Source: Takakia lepidozioides
Lineage: Eukaryota; Plantae; Bryophyta
Assembly: GCA_030704615.1 (NCBI GenBank)
Contig: CM060733.1
Location: 51,832,001-51,896,000, forward strand
DNA length: 64,000 nt
Direction of reading: 5' to 3'
The notes beneath the pieces were generated by a model that ran no database searches, was not told the origin of the DNA, and saw only the letters and a list, made by a program, of their open reading frames with translations. A program made the position numbers and the translations under genes. Positions 1-13,400 of this stretch are shown here, one piece after another; positions within the stretch are counted from its first letter, which is position 1; every line of letters begins with the position of its first letter.

Positions 1-10
1 AGAAAACACA

Positions 11-3000
11 TCAGATGTCAATTATCTTATCTCTATGCAGAAGTGTTTGAACGTCACAGGGACCCATTGTGCATTGGTGAATGCACGTGTCTCGTTGAGG
101 ATCACAAAACATCCTGTGAATATAGATGTAGTAAGGATGTTTGCATAGAATAAATTTACCTCTCTTTCCAATGGAGCTGTTTATCGTGTTGTCGAAGTCC
201 GGGCATGTGCAATTAGGAAAATTCCCAATAGTAATCTCATAAGTCCTATCATGAAGAACCGATCCCGAAGTCACCATAGTGTACACCCGCACATAGCCTG
301 GAGGGGGGACATTCACAATTTGGGTAACCCGACACTGCAGGGTTCTCGCAGACTCAATTTTGCACTGGTTATCTGCACCTGCCTCAACACGACGAACTGG
401 TTTTCCATTCTTTTTCGTTGGCCAGTCATTCCCATGTGGTGGACGTGCAGGGAATGCGGATGGCGTACCACGAGATGATGTTGGTGTTAGGACTGTTGGG
501 CCTCTTGGAAGTCGAAACCCTGCGTCCTCCAGCATGTCAATCTCTTGTTTGGAGAGAGATGTCCGACCTTGACTGGCCATACGACAGGGATGGCAGGCTT
601 GCTGATGACTGAATCCCGACAAGTCCCCATCACACAACGCTGAATGTCATCGGGACAGAACCAAAACTTGTGAGGTCTAGACTCCCGTGCTGAGTAATAT
701 TTGAACAAACCTGTGAATGTCGGTGCTGGAGTCCCGCCAGCGCCTCTGCAAATTTTACTTGTGCACTTCACAAAGGACAGTGCCCTGATAGCAGAACAAC
801 CAACTTTCGATCCTTTCAGAGTCCGTTCTATGTGCCACATTGCATCACCACAATCGGTCTCCTCAACCGGCAGCAGCGTCCGACCTTCTCCCCGTGCCGG
901 AGCAGTGGCATATGTTGCATCGAAATCTGCAGAACAACCTGCATCCACAGATGGAGTAGTACATCCGAAATTGGGTGGCACAGGCACACGAGGTATGGAG
1001 AAATTATCTCTATCACGCCGATGGGAGTCACCCGCCAATCCTGGAGGGGTGTCCAGATTGCGCTTGCATGATCCGAATCTCTCCTCACCTTCCAGATGTG
1101 GGAGCCTGGACTGCAGAGGTGTTCCAATCGTGTACTCGTTAACAGCCCGCGCCATTTTTGCAGGATGTTTGCATCTGTTAGCAGCCCTGAGCAGCAACTC
1201 TGCCCTGTCCGGCCCCTTACCAACACCCCGTCCCCTGAGGAAGTCTTGGTACTTTGTTTGTTGCGAAAGAGTGCGGATAAGGTCATCTGCAGTTGCAACG
1301 TAAAGGTTCTGGCCGTTCTTACCAGATTGTGCCATCCACATACTATGAACAGTCTCCGTGAGATTGCAGGATGGCATATCCGCAATGTCTTCCAGTGACA
1401 TATTCTGCAGGTGAATGCCAACACATGCCACTGTTATGGGGAGCAGCATTCGATTGGACTGGACAAGACAGCAAGGCCGCAGGTGCACACCCCCATATAT
1501 ATAAGAAGTTTTGAAAATCATGGTACTATGAGTCTAACTTACAGTGGTCATGAAGGCACCCCACTGTCTGTATCTGAAGTGCCAAAAGCCCAACCAGTCT
1601 TCTAGCTCTTTGATCCCCTCCAGACTCGCCGCCTCAGAGGAGTACCACCATGCTCTGATAGTCTGAAACATGGCATTTGCTTCCCTTTCTGTGGTGGTAT
1701 CTTTGTATAGACGACATAGTCGCAGGTGCTCCTCTTGCAACTCCAATTTTATGGAATTTTTTGTGTGCCGTCAAAGGGACTGGGTCCAATGAAAGAGGCA
1801 AGTGCGTTCCCGGCCTTGCATTGGTATTTTTGGGTCACCAGAGCCAAACACAGTCCGCACAGCATTCCAATTAGCTTGTGCGCTGTCTGCCATGAACCCT
1901 GTGAAATTTGCATCTGGCAAACCATGAGCTCTCATGACGTTAACTAGAGCCTTCCACATAAGAATTTGGGACTCTGTGTCCTCCAACTGCATGTCACAAA
2001 TAGCAATAGTCATAACTCCTTGGTATGTAGGATCATACACATGACAGGCCATGGTCGTCCAATCCTTCACTCGCTTCATGTGATCAAACATTACCCAGGA
2101 CTTATGAAGATCACCCCCGGCCTGCATTCTACGCACCAGGCTAACTCCAGAACCCTCTGCAACTGTGGACAAGTTGAACAAGTGTACTTTTTGGGACCCC
2201 TGTCCTGGGAAAACACTGTCCTGGATGAAGTCGTATCGACTTTTGCGCTTCAATTCTAGGATGTTGTCTACGTATCCTTTGTTGCCTGGCCCAGTCCTAA
2301 GGACGTTGATTTGATAATGAGCATTTGGAGAAGCCAATGTTGAGAAATGGTCCATCACAAAGTCAAGCGATGCACTATCAAACTTAGTCGTTGTCTCGTC
2401 CGACTCCCCCAGCAGATGTTTCTGCAGGAACCCTTTGCTTGCTGCCATAACAATGGCTGATGGTGTTGCAGTGGGAGCATTTTGAAATTCTTGCTGAAGC
2501 AGCGAACGCACTGTGTCAACACTCTCCCTGCAGTCTCCTCACGACACTAGATGTGCATGGGTGCCCAAATGGATACAAGCCCGTGTGAGGTGGTTGATAC
2601 GGTGCAGCACGTAGTACATCCGTGCATTGCATTCCGCCATGCACTGTGGCACGACTTTACAAAACTTGCAAACGACGGAACTGCTCTTTGGAGGAGCACA
2701 CCCTACTTGAAATGGGTTGTCGCAGACTCCCTCCCACTTCGTCTCGTTTTCCACACCGGCCGTTTGGAAATGCTGGCAATCCAAATTTGCACAACGCAAG
2801 TGCCCAGCGCAAATGGATCTCTGAAACTTCAGGCCATGCGGATTACAGATATTTGAAGTTTTAGTCCGACACCATGGGTGTCCATCGTGTTTCTTGTCCA
2901 TGCCTGCCATGAGTCCAGCCAAACCTCCACATGACGTCGGAGGTGGCAGTTCAAAAACGATGTCTCCATCAAAATCAGCGGGTAGAAATTTCGCTCTTTG

Positions 3001-3570
3001 GATCCGCTGTGTTTCCCAAACAATGCCTCTCACATCGCTCTTGCATCCTGGCAACCCTCTCAACGACTGCAACTTGGGAATGACACTAATGATCTCCTGG
3101 ACATCGGGATCTAGCAGTATAGGAGGGTTCGTAGGAAGAAGGACCTCTGTGACTTCGTCTTCTGAACTGTCCGAGAGGTCGACAAATGTCGTGGAGGTAG
3201 TTTCTTCTGTCTTGATGGGGACTGATTTTGGCGCCTGCACCACCGAAGCTGCTATTCCGGGCGTGAGTATAGTGTCCGATGAAAGGTGTCTCTGATCTCC
3301 ATGAACGCGGTACTTGGCGGGTGGAACTCTCCACTCTTTTCGACCATCCCGTTTTTCCGACTTTTCAACCTAAGTTCCCTCAACCTTCCCACTACTATCG
3401 TACACCTCTCTAACCACATGGACGGTCCCAGGCTCAAAGTGGAATGTTATGCAAATCAAATCCTCCTCAACAACGGCCAGTCCATTGTTGTCGGCCACGG
3501 CGCTCAGGTACTCGGCTTGCAGAGGGGAGTACAGTATTACCACGTCTGAGGTGGGAGACATTGCGTGCAA
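11..3570 (-). pseudogene. Mutator-like (MULE) transposase pseudogene: GCM-like Zn domain + MULE DDE core + SWIM zinc finger
   Basis: ORF 2539-3243 has HPWCRTKTSN..CAGHLRC..C..CKFC..C..C..H..H (GCM-like). ORF 1771-2511 has VMFD, FMADSAQANWNAV and CLFHW (MULE D..D and CxxH). ORF 487-1521 has CNLTETVH (catalytic E region). ORF 11-637 has CTCPDF..CKH (SWIM). In-frame TGA stops at 2539 and 1771, GT-AG intron 1405-1542, frameshift near 560-640. Confidence 0.85.
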
Positions 3571-6105
3571 GGACTAGGGTGAAGCACACTGGACAATGTG
3601 GGGCGACGCCTCTTCTGTGTCCATACTGTCTATCTTCGCACAGTGTACTTTCTCATTTCCATCATTGTCATGGTAATCATGCAGCATTTCGCCGCCATAG
3701 AAACAGGTGAGCAGTATTAAGAATTACGAGGGTGCGTTCAATTTTCTGACAATGACATATTTGCCACGGACAAATACGCAGCCCATTCCACAACGACCCC
3801 TATGTAGGTCGAACACCAACTGACACCCACGGGTACGTGGTCTCCATACAGAGGTTCCACTAACAGGGCCCAAACCGGCAATGATGGTCCATGCCAGTTG
3901 GCCATCACCAAGTTGCACACCAGACAACCCCCCCAGCCGCAATTCCAACCAGTCAATTAACACTAGAAGAAAAAACGGCTTTTTCCACGGCTCTGCCATC
4001 TCACACCTGGCACATTCCACGGCTTTTATCACAGGTCTGTACACTAAGCCAAGGTGTGGGTCTAATTATGCCCTAACTGTGGGGTGTCTCACATGTGGTC
4101 CACACCCCAGGCAAGAACGGTGTGAAAACAGCCATGAGCGTGGCAGGGGTTGGCTTAGTTTACATGGCATGTTACACACCTGTGTGAAATGGGAACATAC
4201 AATTAACAAAAAACACAAGAAATGGGAACATACACAAGAAGGAGCCTGTGGCCTACTTTTGGTGCCTTGCAAATTGCAATAAGAGGCTCCGATCTGTTGG
4301 CAAGAAGTACCCGTTGCTCCACGATTACTCCCTGTGGTACACATTGACTGGCCTTCCATGCCCTCTCGGATGAGCACGATGTCATGGTGATCATGGATCG
4401 AGGTGAGCAAGGATATACATAGTGTCATTGACATACACCGCAATGTAGATTCATGCACTGTAGCTTCCCACAATCGTCTCATGCATGACGTTTTTGCTTC
4501 AGTTTTCAGTGTTGGTACTTGTGACGGTGTGATGGTTTGGGGGTGAAGCAGTAGCAATGCAGAGACTATCCACATTTCAGCCTGCGTACATTATCCTTTT
4601 GGGTTTTGCCTCAAGTTTATGTACTTAACTGGCCTCTCCTGTCAAAAATTGAGTGTCCCATGTACGACGTTCAGCTTGCCTCTTGTTATCTACTTCTCAG
4701 ACCTTTCAACCATACTGCTTATGAATCTGTAATACTTTTGTTTCATGTGTGGTGCAACAACTTGGTAATGGGCGGTAAAATTACAAGTGCACATGTGGTG
4801 ATGTCCACGTTCAGAACAAATAACAGCACATCTGGATGGTTGAAGGCATAGCGCCCATGAGCTTCCAGCTCTAGCAAGAAAGAGTTTTATTTTCGGAAGG
4901 ACCAAGTAATGTGGGGGGTTGCAAATCCATGCAAAGTACACACCCATAATGTGGACTGGTAATTGGTGTCTGTAACACATAATGGTCTTTGGATTGCTCA
5001 CCTCAAGCCCCCCATACAAAGTATGTATGTTTTTCAAAGAAAGGTCATCTCTACAATTCCAACTCGCAATCATGACAAAGCGGGGTGGTACATGCAGAGG
5101 GATGAAGCACCGAATCTCACAAACATGAGAAACAGAGAGAAATCACAAAGCAAAAGATCAACTTTGGCTATATATGAATCTGGAATCTCCATGATTCTGA
5201 ATTCATGGGTTCCGAGGTGCCACATACCTTCTTGTGATTCATGAACATTCTCCTCCACCATCACATCGCCTCTAAATTGAGCAATGATAGAAGCCTCATC
5301 CCTGTCACAGTGAGGGTTTTTAAACAAGCCAAAAAATAGAGTAACTGTGGAACGAGCCCTCTCTATGAGTAAGTCAAAGCCATCATAAATAGGGCCACAT
5401 ACTGTCATGTGCGGAGGAATTGAACCTGTAGCCAACTGAATGGCTCTGCCCCATGCATGGCTCTGCCCCATGCATGGCTCTGCCCATGTGACCTGCAAGC
5501 ACACAGTCAAAAAAGTGGGGGTTTACGAACTTGCCAAATCCCAAGCATCAACAGAGGGGTCCCATTAGTGGGGAAGACATGTGAATCAACATCCACAGTT
5601 GCAATGCCCATCAGATCCAACATATGACTTGTTGTGCAGATTGTCCCCCGACTGCACCAAACCAGAACAAACATTATAAAGAAGTACATCCCCAACACAT
5701 TGCACCCAACCCCCACAATCTGAACAGAGGGAAAATAGAGAGGGGGAGGGAGGAGCAGAGGCATCAGAATTCAGTTCGTAGCTAGAGAGTAAGTAAGGCA
5801 TGGATGTGGGCAGGGGGGGAGATAGTAGAGAGGTGGAGTAACAACTGAAGCAACCCAAAATGCCAACATGACACTATTGCCCTTTTACCAGGAATCATCT
5901 TCCTCGCTACATTCACAGGGAAAATAACCGCAACAAGTGGATGTTGCAGCACAGGATGTCCGCTGATTTGGGACTCAAAATGCGCCTCAGTGTGCCACTC
6001 AAAATGTCATATAATGCATATGTCATTTTACCAGGCCAGTGGCTGAAGCACAGGGTGTCCAGTGATTTGGAACTGAAAATGTCACTCAGTGTGTCAGTTA
6101 AAATG

Positions 6106-9100
6106 TCAACATGACGCTATTGTCCTTTTACCAGATGTAGTCATCTTCATGCTACTACTTTCACTACACTCATGGTCAGTGTTGCAATCCTCACTATCTC
6201 GGTGCCATGGTTCGTCCCTTCGTGGGGGCCTCATCATAGCAATAGTAGCCATCTCAACTTCGGTAAGGGTCGTTGAAGGTCCAAATTTTGTGTTGGGATT
6301 CACATCCTCCAATGCCTCCGCCACTTGCATCCTTACGCATGACTCATTCTCACCCAAGCTGACACCAGTGACATCATGTACCACGCGCCGTGAGCGCGGC
6401 TCCTTCTGAAGTACTACTTTCCAGTTACCAGCGTTGGAGGGCTCATTTGCAAAAAAAAACTTGCTCGACTTGCCATGGAAATGTGAATGGTTCATCTCCT
6501 GGTGGCAACATGCGATCGAAGTCCACGAGTAGGAAACCATACTCATCCTTCTTCATGGTGCGGTTGCGACCTGTCAAGCTTGCTCTGACCCATTCACATA
6601 TGAATACTACAGGAGTGACAGCACCATACTGAAGCTGTAAAATTTCACGAACAACACCAACATATTGCAGCTGGTTCATGACAAGGTTACCATCCACACC
6701 CCTTCCCGTTGACTCTTCGGCAAAAATCTGTGCAACCCCAGAGTCGAATGTGACATGGTAATCAACCACACCTGTTTCCACCACTCTGTAGTGATTTCCG
6801 TATGCCCACATAGACCGAAATGAACGAGCAACAAACCCTGGTGGCTTACACAGATGACGAATATTTGCATCATACGCTGCTCCTCTTGAAACAACATTTT
6901 GTACTGTCGACTGTATCCACATATGAAAAGCAGGCAAAGGCAACATGTTTTCGGGGTATGGAACGGTGCGTTGGTGTGCATTTCTCCCTTGGGTGGTGTA
7001 TGTGGCTCGAAATTCGGCTCTGGCTGATTCTATGGTGGCCTTCTCAATATCATAAAGTCTGGTCATACTCAATTCACACTTAGTCAGGACCATAGTATGT
7101 ACAAAGAGGCTGAGTGAAAATTGAGAATGCGCCAATTTTGTGTCCGGAAATGGCCCCCAGAGTTAGCATGTGAAGCCAAATAAATGATGTATACTTACCT
7201 CAGAAACGGTCTCATGCACGCCGTGTTGTGAAGCACATAGTCGTGTGCACTAGCCCGAAGCTCAGCCGACAGTTTTCTTGGAGTTCCAAAGCCCTCTAAT
7301 ACTTCTCCCGCAACACTTTCTTCTTCGTTGCAATCCCAGACCATTCTACGAGTTCCTGGAAATGCAGCCATGTACTCTATGAGGAGGCCAAGAGCCTCAT
7401 CAAGAGAATACCTCCTGGCCATGCAACCTTCTGGCCGGGCATAGCTCTTCACATATCCCTTCAAATTTTTCATGTACCTCTCGATGGGGTACATCCAACG
7501 CGAACTAACAGGACCACAAACCTCCAATTCATTCACAAGGTGTAGCACAAGGTGGGTCATGAGATCAAAGAATGAGGGGGGAAACTCTTTCTCCAACAAA
7601 CAAAGCGTTACAACCACATCCTCCTTCAGGGCTGGTAGTTCCTCGGGATCCACTGTTTTCATGCACAATGCGCGAAATACACGAGATAGCTTCATGATTG
7701 CGAGCCTTGGACCTTTGCCCAGCAAACCTCGAATGCACAAAGGTAGAACTTGTTGCATCAGTAGATGGTAGTCATGGCTCTTCATGTGTGAAAGCTTGTT
7801 CTTAGCAATATGCTTCTTAAATGAAGCACCATACCCTGTCGGTGTCTTTAGAGCACCCAAAGTTGCATAGAAGGTAGTAGTTTCCTGTCGATTCAACACG
7901 TAAGGAGCCTGCGGCTTCACCAACTTCCTGCCATCTCCGGGGTGGGGTTTTAACCATAAGTGAGGTCGTATGCCCTCATTCTCCATGTCCTTCCTGCTCT
8001 TACTGTGTCATTTTCCCCCAATATGGTGCGCAATATGTTTTCAGAAATGTTTTTTTCACAGTGCATAACATCAAGGGTATACCGTATCAACAAATCCTGC
8101 AATCATGGAACCACCATCAATATGGTATACTTTGATGGTAAAGCCAAGAGATGACATCTTAATAATGGGAAAAGGAAGAAACCAGCCTTGCATGCTGCAG
8201 ACAGTATCCAGAGAGACAAAAGCCAGACATTTTCATGGAAACAACCATATTGCTGCTACATGTGCCATACATAGGCGACTCCAAACTTGCTTCATGCAAT
8301 TTGCATTAGGCTGAAATCTAAGTCGTGTGTGATGATCCTTACAACTGTATCCATGCAACTATGAAATCAGCCCTGCCGACAAACAAACAATGAAGACATA
8401 CCCACCTTCCAATATGGCAGGTTCCAAAGGATCGACCTTCGCTTCATGCCATGGGATTTGGCAGGGCACACATTCCGGCGACGGCTGCCAAATGTTTCCA
8501 TGAACCTCTCGTTTTCCTCCGCATTTTGGAGCTGATCCACAGTGGATACTTGGGGGGGGGGGGGGGGGGGGGTCTGTGATCGGAGGCTCCATTGAAGTGG
8601 TTGCGATTGCGTCTATATGGATGGCCTGCTGGTAAGAATTTTCTGTGCCCCTGGTACACCATTTTGCTCAGTGCACTGGAGTGCCTGGCATCAAGATTGG
8701 GCCCGCACACGGGACAAGCCTTGTAGCCCCCAACTGCACACCCTGCTAGCATGGCATATGCAGGATAGTCATGTACTGACCACATCAGAATGGCTCTCAT
8801 GACAAAGGTCCTTGATCCTTCATTGCCAGATGCATCATTAGCCCTAACACCTTCCCACAACACGGTCAGCTCATCCACCAGAGGCTGCAAGAACACATCC
8901 GCATTGGTCTTCTTCACGGATGTCGGCCCTGGAATTAAGAGTGTCAACATCATAAAAAAAGGCTTTGTGCTCAGCCAAGGAGGAAGGTTGTAGTTCATGA
9001 GCAAGACTGGCCACGTAGACCATTTTGTTGATTTATCACCAAAGGGATTGATACCATCCCATGCCAGACCTAGTCGCAAGTTGCGAGGTTCAGCTGCAAA

Positions 9101-9991
9101 AGCAGGCCATGTATCGTCAATGTATTTCCATGCAAGGCTGTCAGGCGGGTGTCTCATCTTCCCATCTTGACTTTGGTTCTCCATGTGCCACACCATAAGC
9201 TTAGATATCTCCTTGCACTTGTACATGCGCTGCAGCCGGGGAATCAAGGGGAAATGCCGCAAGACCTTCTGTGGAACCAACGTCTTCATGCCAGGGATGT
9301 ACCGAGGCGCCCCACATTTAGGGCAAGATGGTGCATCCTGCAGATCTCCCCTGTATAGCACACATCCCTTCTCACAAGCATGGATGCTATCGTAATTAAG
9401 CCCAGCTTTTGTTATAAGTTTCTTCGCTTCGTAATGAGATTTGGGCAAAAAGTTCCCTTTAGGCAATAGATGTCCGTGAAAAAGTTTCAGAAGCTCATCC
9501 ATCGCTGCGTTTGTGACACCATGAGTAGCACTGAGCAAAAGCAACGTCGCACTCAAGCAGCTGGTGGGGCAGCCAACATACAGAGGTGTGGTTGCTTGAT
9601 GCTGAAATTGGAAAGCAGCACCGTCATCCCCATCCCCATCCCCATGACTTTGTCCATCATGATGGCGCTCGTCTTCTCCAAGCCCTTCATCCTCATTAAT
9701 GGTGCTTTGCACATTATCTGCAACTGCAAATGTTTCCTGCAACATGCGAATGATGTCGACGTCGGGGTCTAGATTCTCTCCACCACGAACAGGAACAGGG
9801 CTAATCTGTCTTTCCACATCATCCTCAGGGGGGCTACGTTCTTCCACAAAGTCTTCGTCTTCGGAGTCGACACTCTCCACCTGCATGTTCACCTGCAAAC
9901 TATAAGAGTATAGTCTTGTCCAAAATGTAACGTGTTGCATAAAACAGGGAATCTCCAAATTGACCGTGCTAGTTTCCATACAGTAGTCCAC
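6106..9991 (-). pseudogene. CACTA TnpD/Tnp2-like transposase (Transposase_21, DUF4218 and DUF4216-like regions), frameshifted
   Basis: Motifs IHACEKGC, HPPDSLAWK, EPRNLRLGLAWDGINPF, WPVLLMNYNLPPW, DYPAY, GYKACPVC, LDVMHCEKN (~8045-8075), MKSHDYH, RWMYPIERYM, DEPFTFPWQVEQVFF. Introns ~8097-8405 and ~7120-7198. Frame breaks at the poly-G (8552-8573), near 7990 and at the A-run (6451). Confidence 0.92.
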
Positions 9992-10477
9992 CGTACATGT
10001 ACAGTGGAGGGCCGTTCAACATTACCATTCTAAGGGCTTCATCCTAAGTTATGTCTGCGAGAAGTGAGGCGAGAGATGCACGTCACTCACCATGGGATAA
10101 CCCAACAGTGGATCCCGGTCGTTGGCAAGCAAATGCAATTTGGCAGTTTCCACGAATTGGAGTCGACCCCCATGGCAGTCGTTGCAGGACACATTATCTT
10201 TGAAATACCCAGTCTAGTTGCACGTCGTTCCTCGATTTGCCAAAGTCCTGCGTCAGTGTGGGGCACCGCAGTGCGGCGCCGGGTGTTTCTAGTTCCGGCC
10301 TCTCTCATCCCCCACGAAACGCTTCTGGGTTTGGCTAGTTTTTGAAGTGGGAAGTCAGCGAGTGCTCGGATGTGGGGAACCTACGTTTGTGCTTGCAGGC
10401 ATTGGAGTATTTGTATGGCGGGTCCACCTCCCCTCTGTTTCCTATATGCGCTCCTTCTATTGTTTGATCAGTAGATC

Positions 10478-13400
10478 ATGGTAGTCTTGTTTGAGGTCGA
10501 TTACTGCGATTTGAGCGACGAGGAGGAACCCGCCATGGCACGGACACGCAAGGCCTCTACACCCGACACCCCTCCACGCACTGCCTACGAGGAAGAGCGA
10601 GAGAGGCGCATAGCGGCCAACAAGGAGACGTTGGCTCAGCTGAACATTGGGAGCGTTGCGCGCAGGTGAGCAGATCACCCTTGTCCTTAGTATGCATGCT
10701 ACACAGGTAGTGAGTAGGGGTTTCCCACCACATTAGCCTACTGCTTTTCCCTCCCATAGGTTTCATGGTGATGGCACTTTCACGATCGCCTTTTGTTTAG
10801 GGCAAGATTCACACAGGGTTTGGAAAATGTGTGCGCAGCATAGCTAGGAGTGTACAACGGCCGACTAGGAGCTCCAAAGTTGTGTGGAACGGGCCTCCTC
10901 GACGAAGTGGGCGCTTGAAAGAACTAGCATTACCTTCGATGGCGGAGGAAGAGCCCGAGACTCCCCAGTCGGTGGGCTCTGAGGCAGAGGAACTCGACGA
11001 GCGTGATCAGGAGCTCGATGAGGATTACAACATAGATGACGACGACGATTCGGAGGAGGAAATGCACGAGGACATAGAGGAGGACGAGGATGGAGATGAT
11101 GTGGACAAGGTATCAGATTTGGAGAACTACATCAGTGGTGCATGTGGACTGACCGAGCCTCCCAATGCAACGCATGCTCCGAGGGCACCAAAACAGCCAG
11201 CTCCTCTTCCACGAGAGGTAAGTGGGCATTTGCTGTACTGATTTCTTAGGTTTGTGGCAGGATTTGCATCTTCTTATTTGTTTTTCCTTTTGGTCCCAGC
11301 AGTTTTTCCATTTTCCACTAGCAGGATGAAGCACCACTTTCTTGCCCTCTATACCTCATGATACAAGGGTTTATCTACTGTCTATTCCTTGGAACCCAAA
11401 TCTGTTATTAAAGTCTTCTATACATTTTTCCATTTTGTGCCATGAGAAATGCAACTCTGCAGATTGCTGACTCCCTCACAGGAGGTTCAAACTTGTGATG
11501 GCCTGTCTTAATACCCAAAAAGCGCAAAGGGGGTTGTGGGAGGGAGGGACCTGCACAGGTAGGGGGCTGCATATTGTGGTGTCATGTTGCAACAAGAAAG
11601 AAATTGTAGTGGGAGAGGAGGAACCCCCAGGAGCACGATGGTAACCGCCTCATCAGCCAGCCATGTCCGAGAGGGGGCGCTCACGACTCTTCCTCCCCCA
11701 TCTTCCTGCCCCCTCTATTTGTCAAATGTTGATAATATGTGAAGCCATTATCAACCATTATCATATTGTACTCTCATTGATATGTACGATGGTCATCGGG
11801 GCCAGATTGTGCCTACAAGGGATTCCCCAAAGAACCCCGAAAGAGGGTCGAAACATACAAGGAGGACTTTCCCAGTGACGTTTGGCGTGTTCAATGGATC
11901 AGACCTAAATGCATTTTGGGTGCGATTTTTGCTGCATTCAGTGTATGTATATTATAGAGCGCGTTTTTTGTTGATGTATCCTACATGATGTTCATGCTTT
12001 ATCTTCCTACATAACTCTTTCCCACATGTTGATTTGCAGGATCCAGTGAGAAAGAAGAAGGGAGTTGCTCCGGCAGGTGTCTTCAACCATCCCTCCCCAC
12101 GTCTTCAACCAACCCCGGATGGAGGAGGCCCTCCCTCCTTTCCACGTAACACTGGTGCGTTTTATCCCCCTGGCATTCAGAGGTATGCACAGTATGAACA
12201 ACAGACTGCTCATGTTCCAGCCGCCCCGGAAATTCACCCGCCCTTTTCTCAGTCGTACAATGCAAACAGCCCGTCAGGGGAGAACCGGTCATGTGCAGTT
12301 CCGTGTGGGGCATTTCCGCAAACTGGGGAAGCACAACATGCTCTGTTCAGCATGGGCACTACCACGAAGGTGTGTGGTACCCTCACCCCAACCCTCCCCC
12401 ACCTGCGCATCCTCCCCAGGCAACGTATCCCAGAAGCCCCATGTATAGTGCGCCGTTGCATGGCCCTTATTCCAGGCAGCCCATAGCTTCACCCAATTGC
12501 AACGCTTTGCGGCCTCTTCAATTCCCAAGCTCACCAGCTCCGAGCACAGGTTATGTTCCTGCCCACCCCACACCCCACGTTGGTGCGTGGCAGGGTTCAT
12601 GTCCGCCCGAAGGGCCCCATGTTGCAGGTTGTGAGGGAGGAGAGGAGGCCCGTGATTCCAATATGACTCCAGATGCGCAACATTTGACTGGCAAGGACAG
12701 AGCCAATTTTTTGCGCAAGGCGAGGAGAGTAGCACGGAGAGGGTTGAAGGAAACGTCTTGTGCAAATGTAGCTGCTGGGCAAAAGAGATTCATAGTTGTG
12801 TGTGGCAAAAAGGGCCCATGCGGGGATGCACGGAATGACTGGCTGGCAGCCCTGCGAGGGCAATGCCAACGTGTGCTGGACTGTTCTGTGCCCATCCATC
12901 TTCAACCTCAAAGTCTGATTGACGAGGTGGGTGAACTATTAGCAGATGATTGGGAATATTTACCTCCTGGGATAACTGGCGCCCAACTTCGAACTGAGAT
13001 TGGAGGCGTCATTAAATACCAGCGCATCAAACTGTTTAGAAAAGTGTACTCCCGTGGCAAACCTAAGCCCCACTATGTTGCGGACAAGACTTGGGCAGAA
13101 TTAGTGAGGCATTGGAACACGCAAAAGAGTCGTGATAATGGCAAGCATGCACGGGGGCATGTTGGTGCCCCTTCGAGATCTGGACGCAGTGGCCTTAGCG
13201 GCGTTGAGGAACGTCTGGTAAATCTGCCTGTCTCATGACATTGCCAATATATTCAGGTAGTGAGGTGTCTTGTCATTTGTATCTTACTCTTAGAGGATGG
13301 CACTAATATTCCCATATCCTGTCCATGTGTAGGCTAAGACAAGTGGTCGTCCTCCACTTCTATCCGAAATTTCGGGGAGCAAGAATAGCAACAAGGGGTA

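Noticed and set aside
4066-5900. Cargo gene in the left arm of the CACTA element
   Set aside because: Short ORFs on both strands with no recognisable motif; only a 17-bp x3 microrepeat at 5440-5488.
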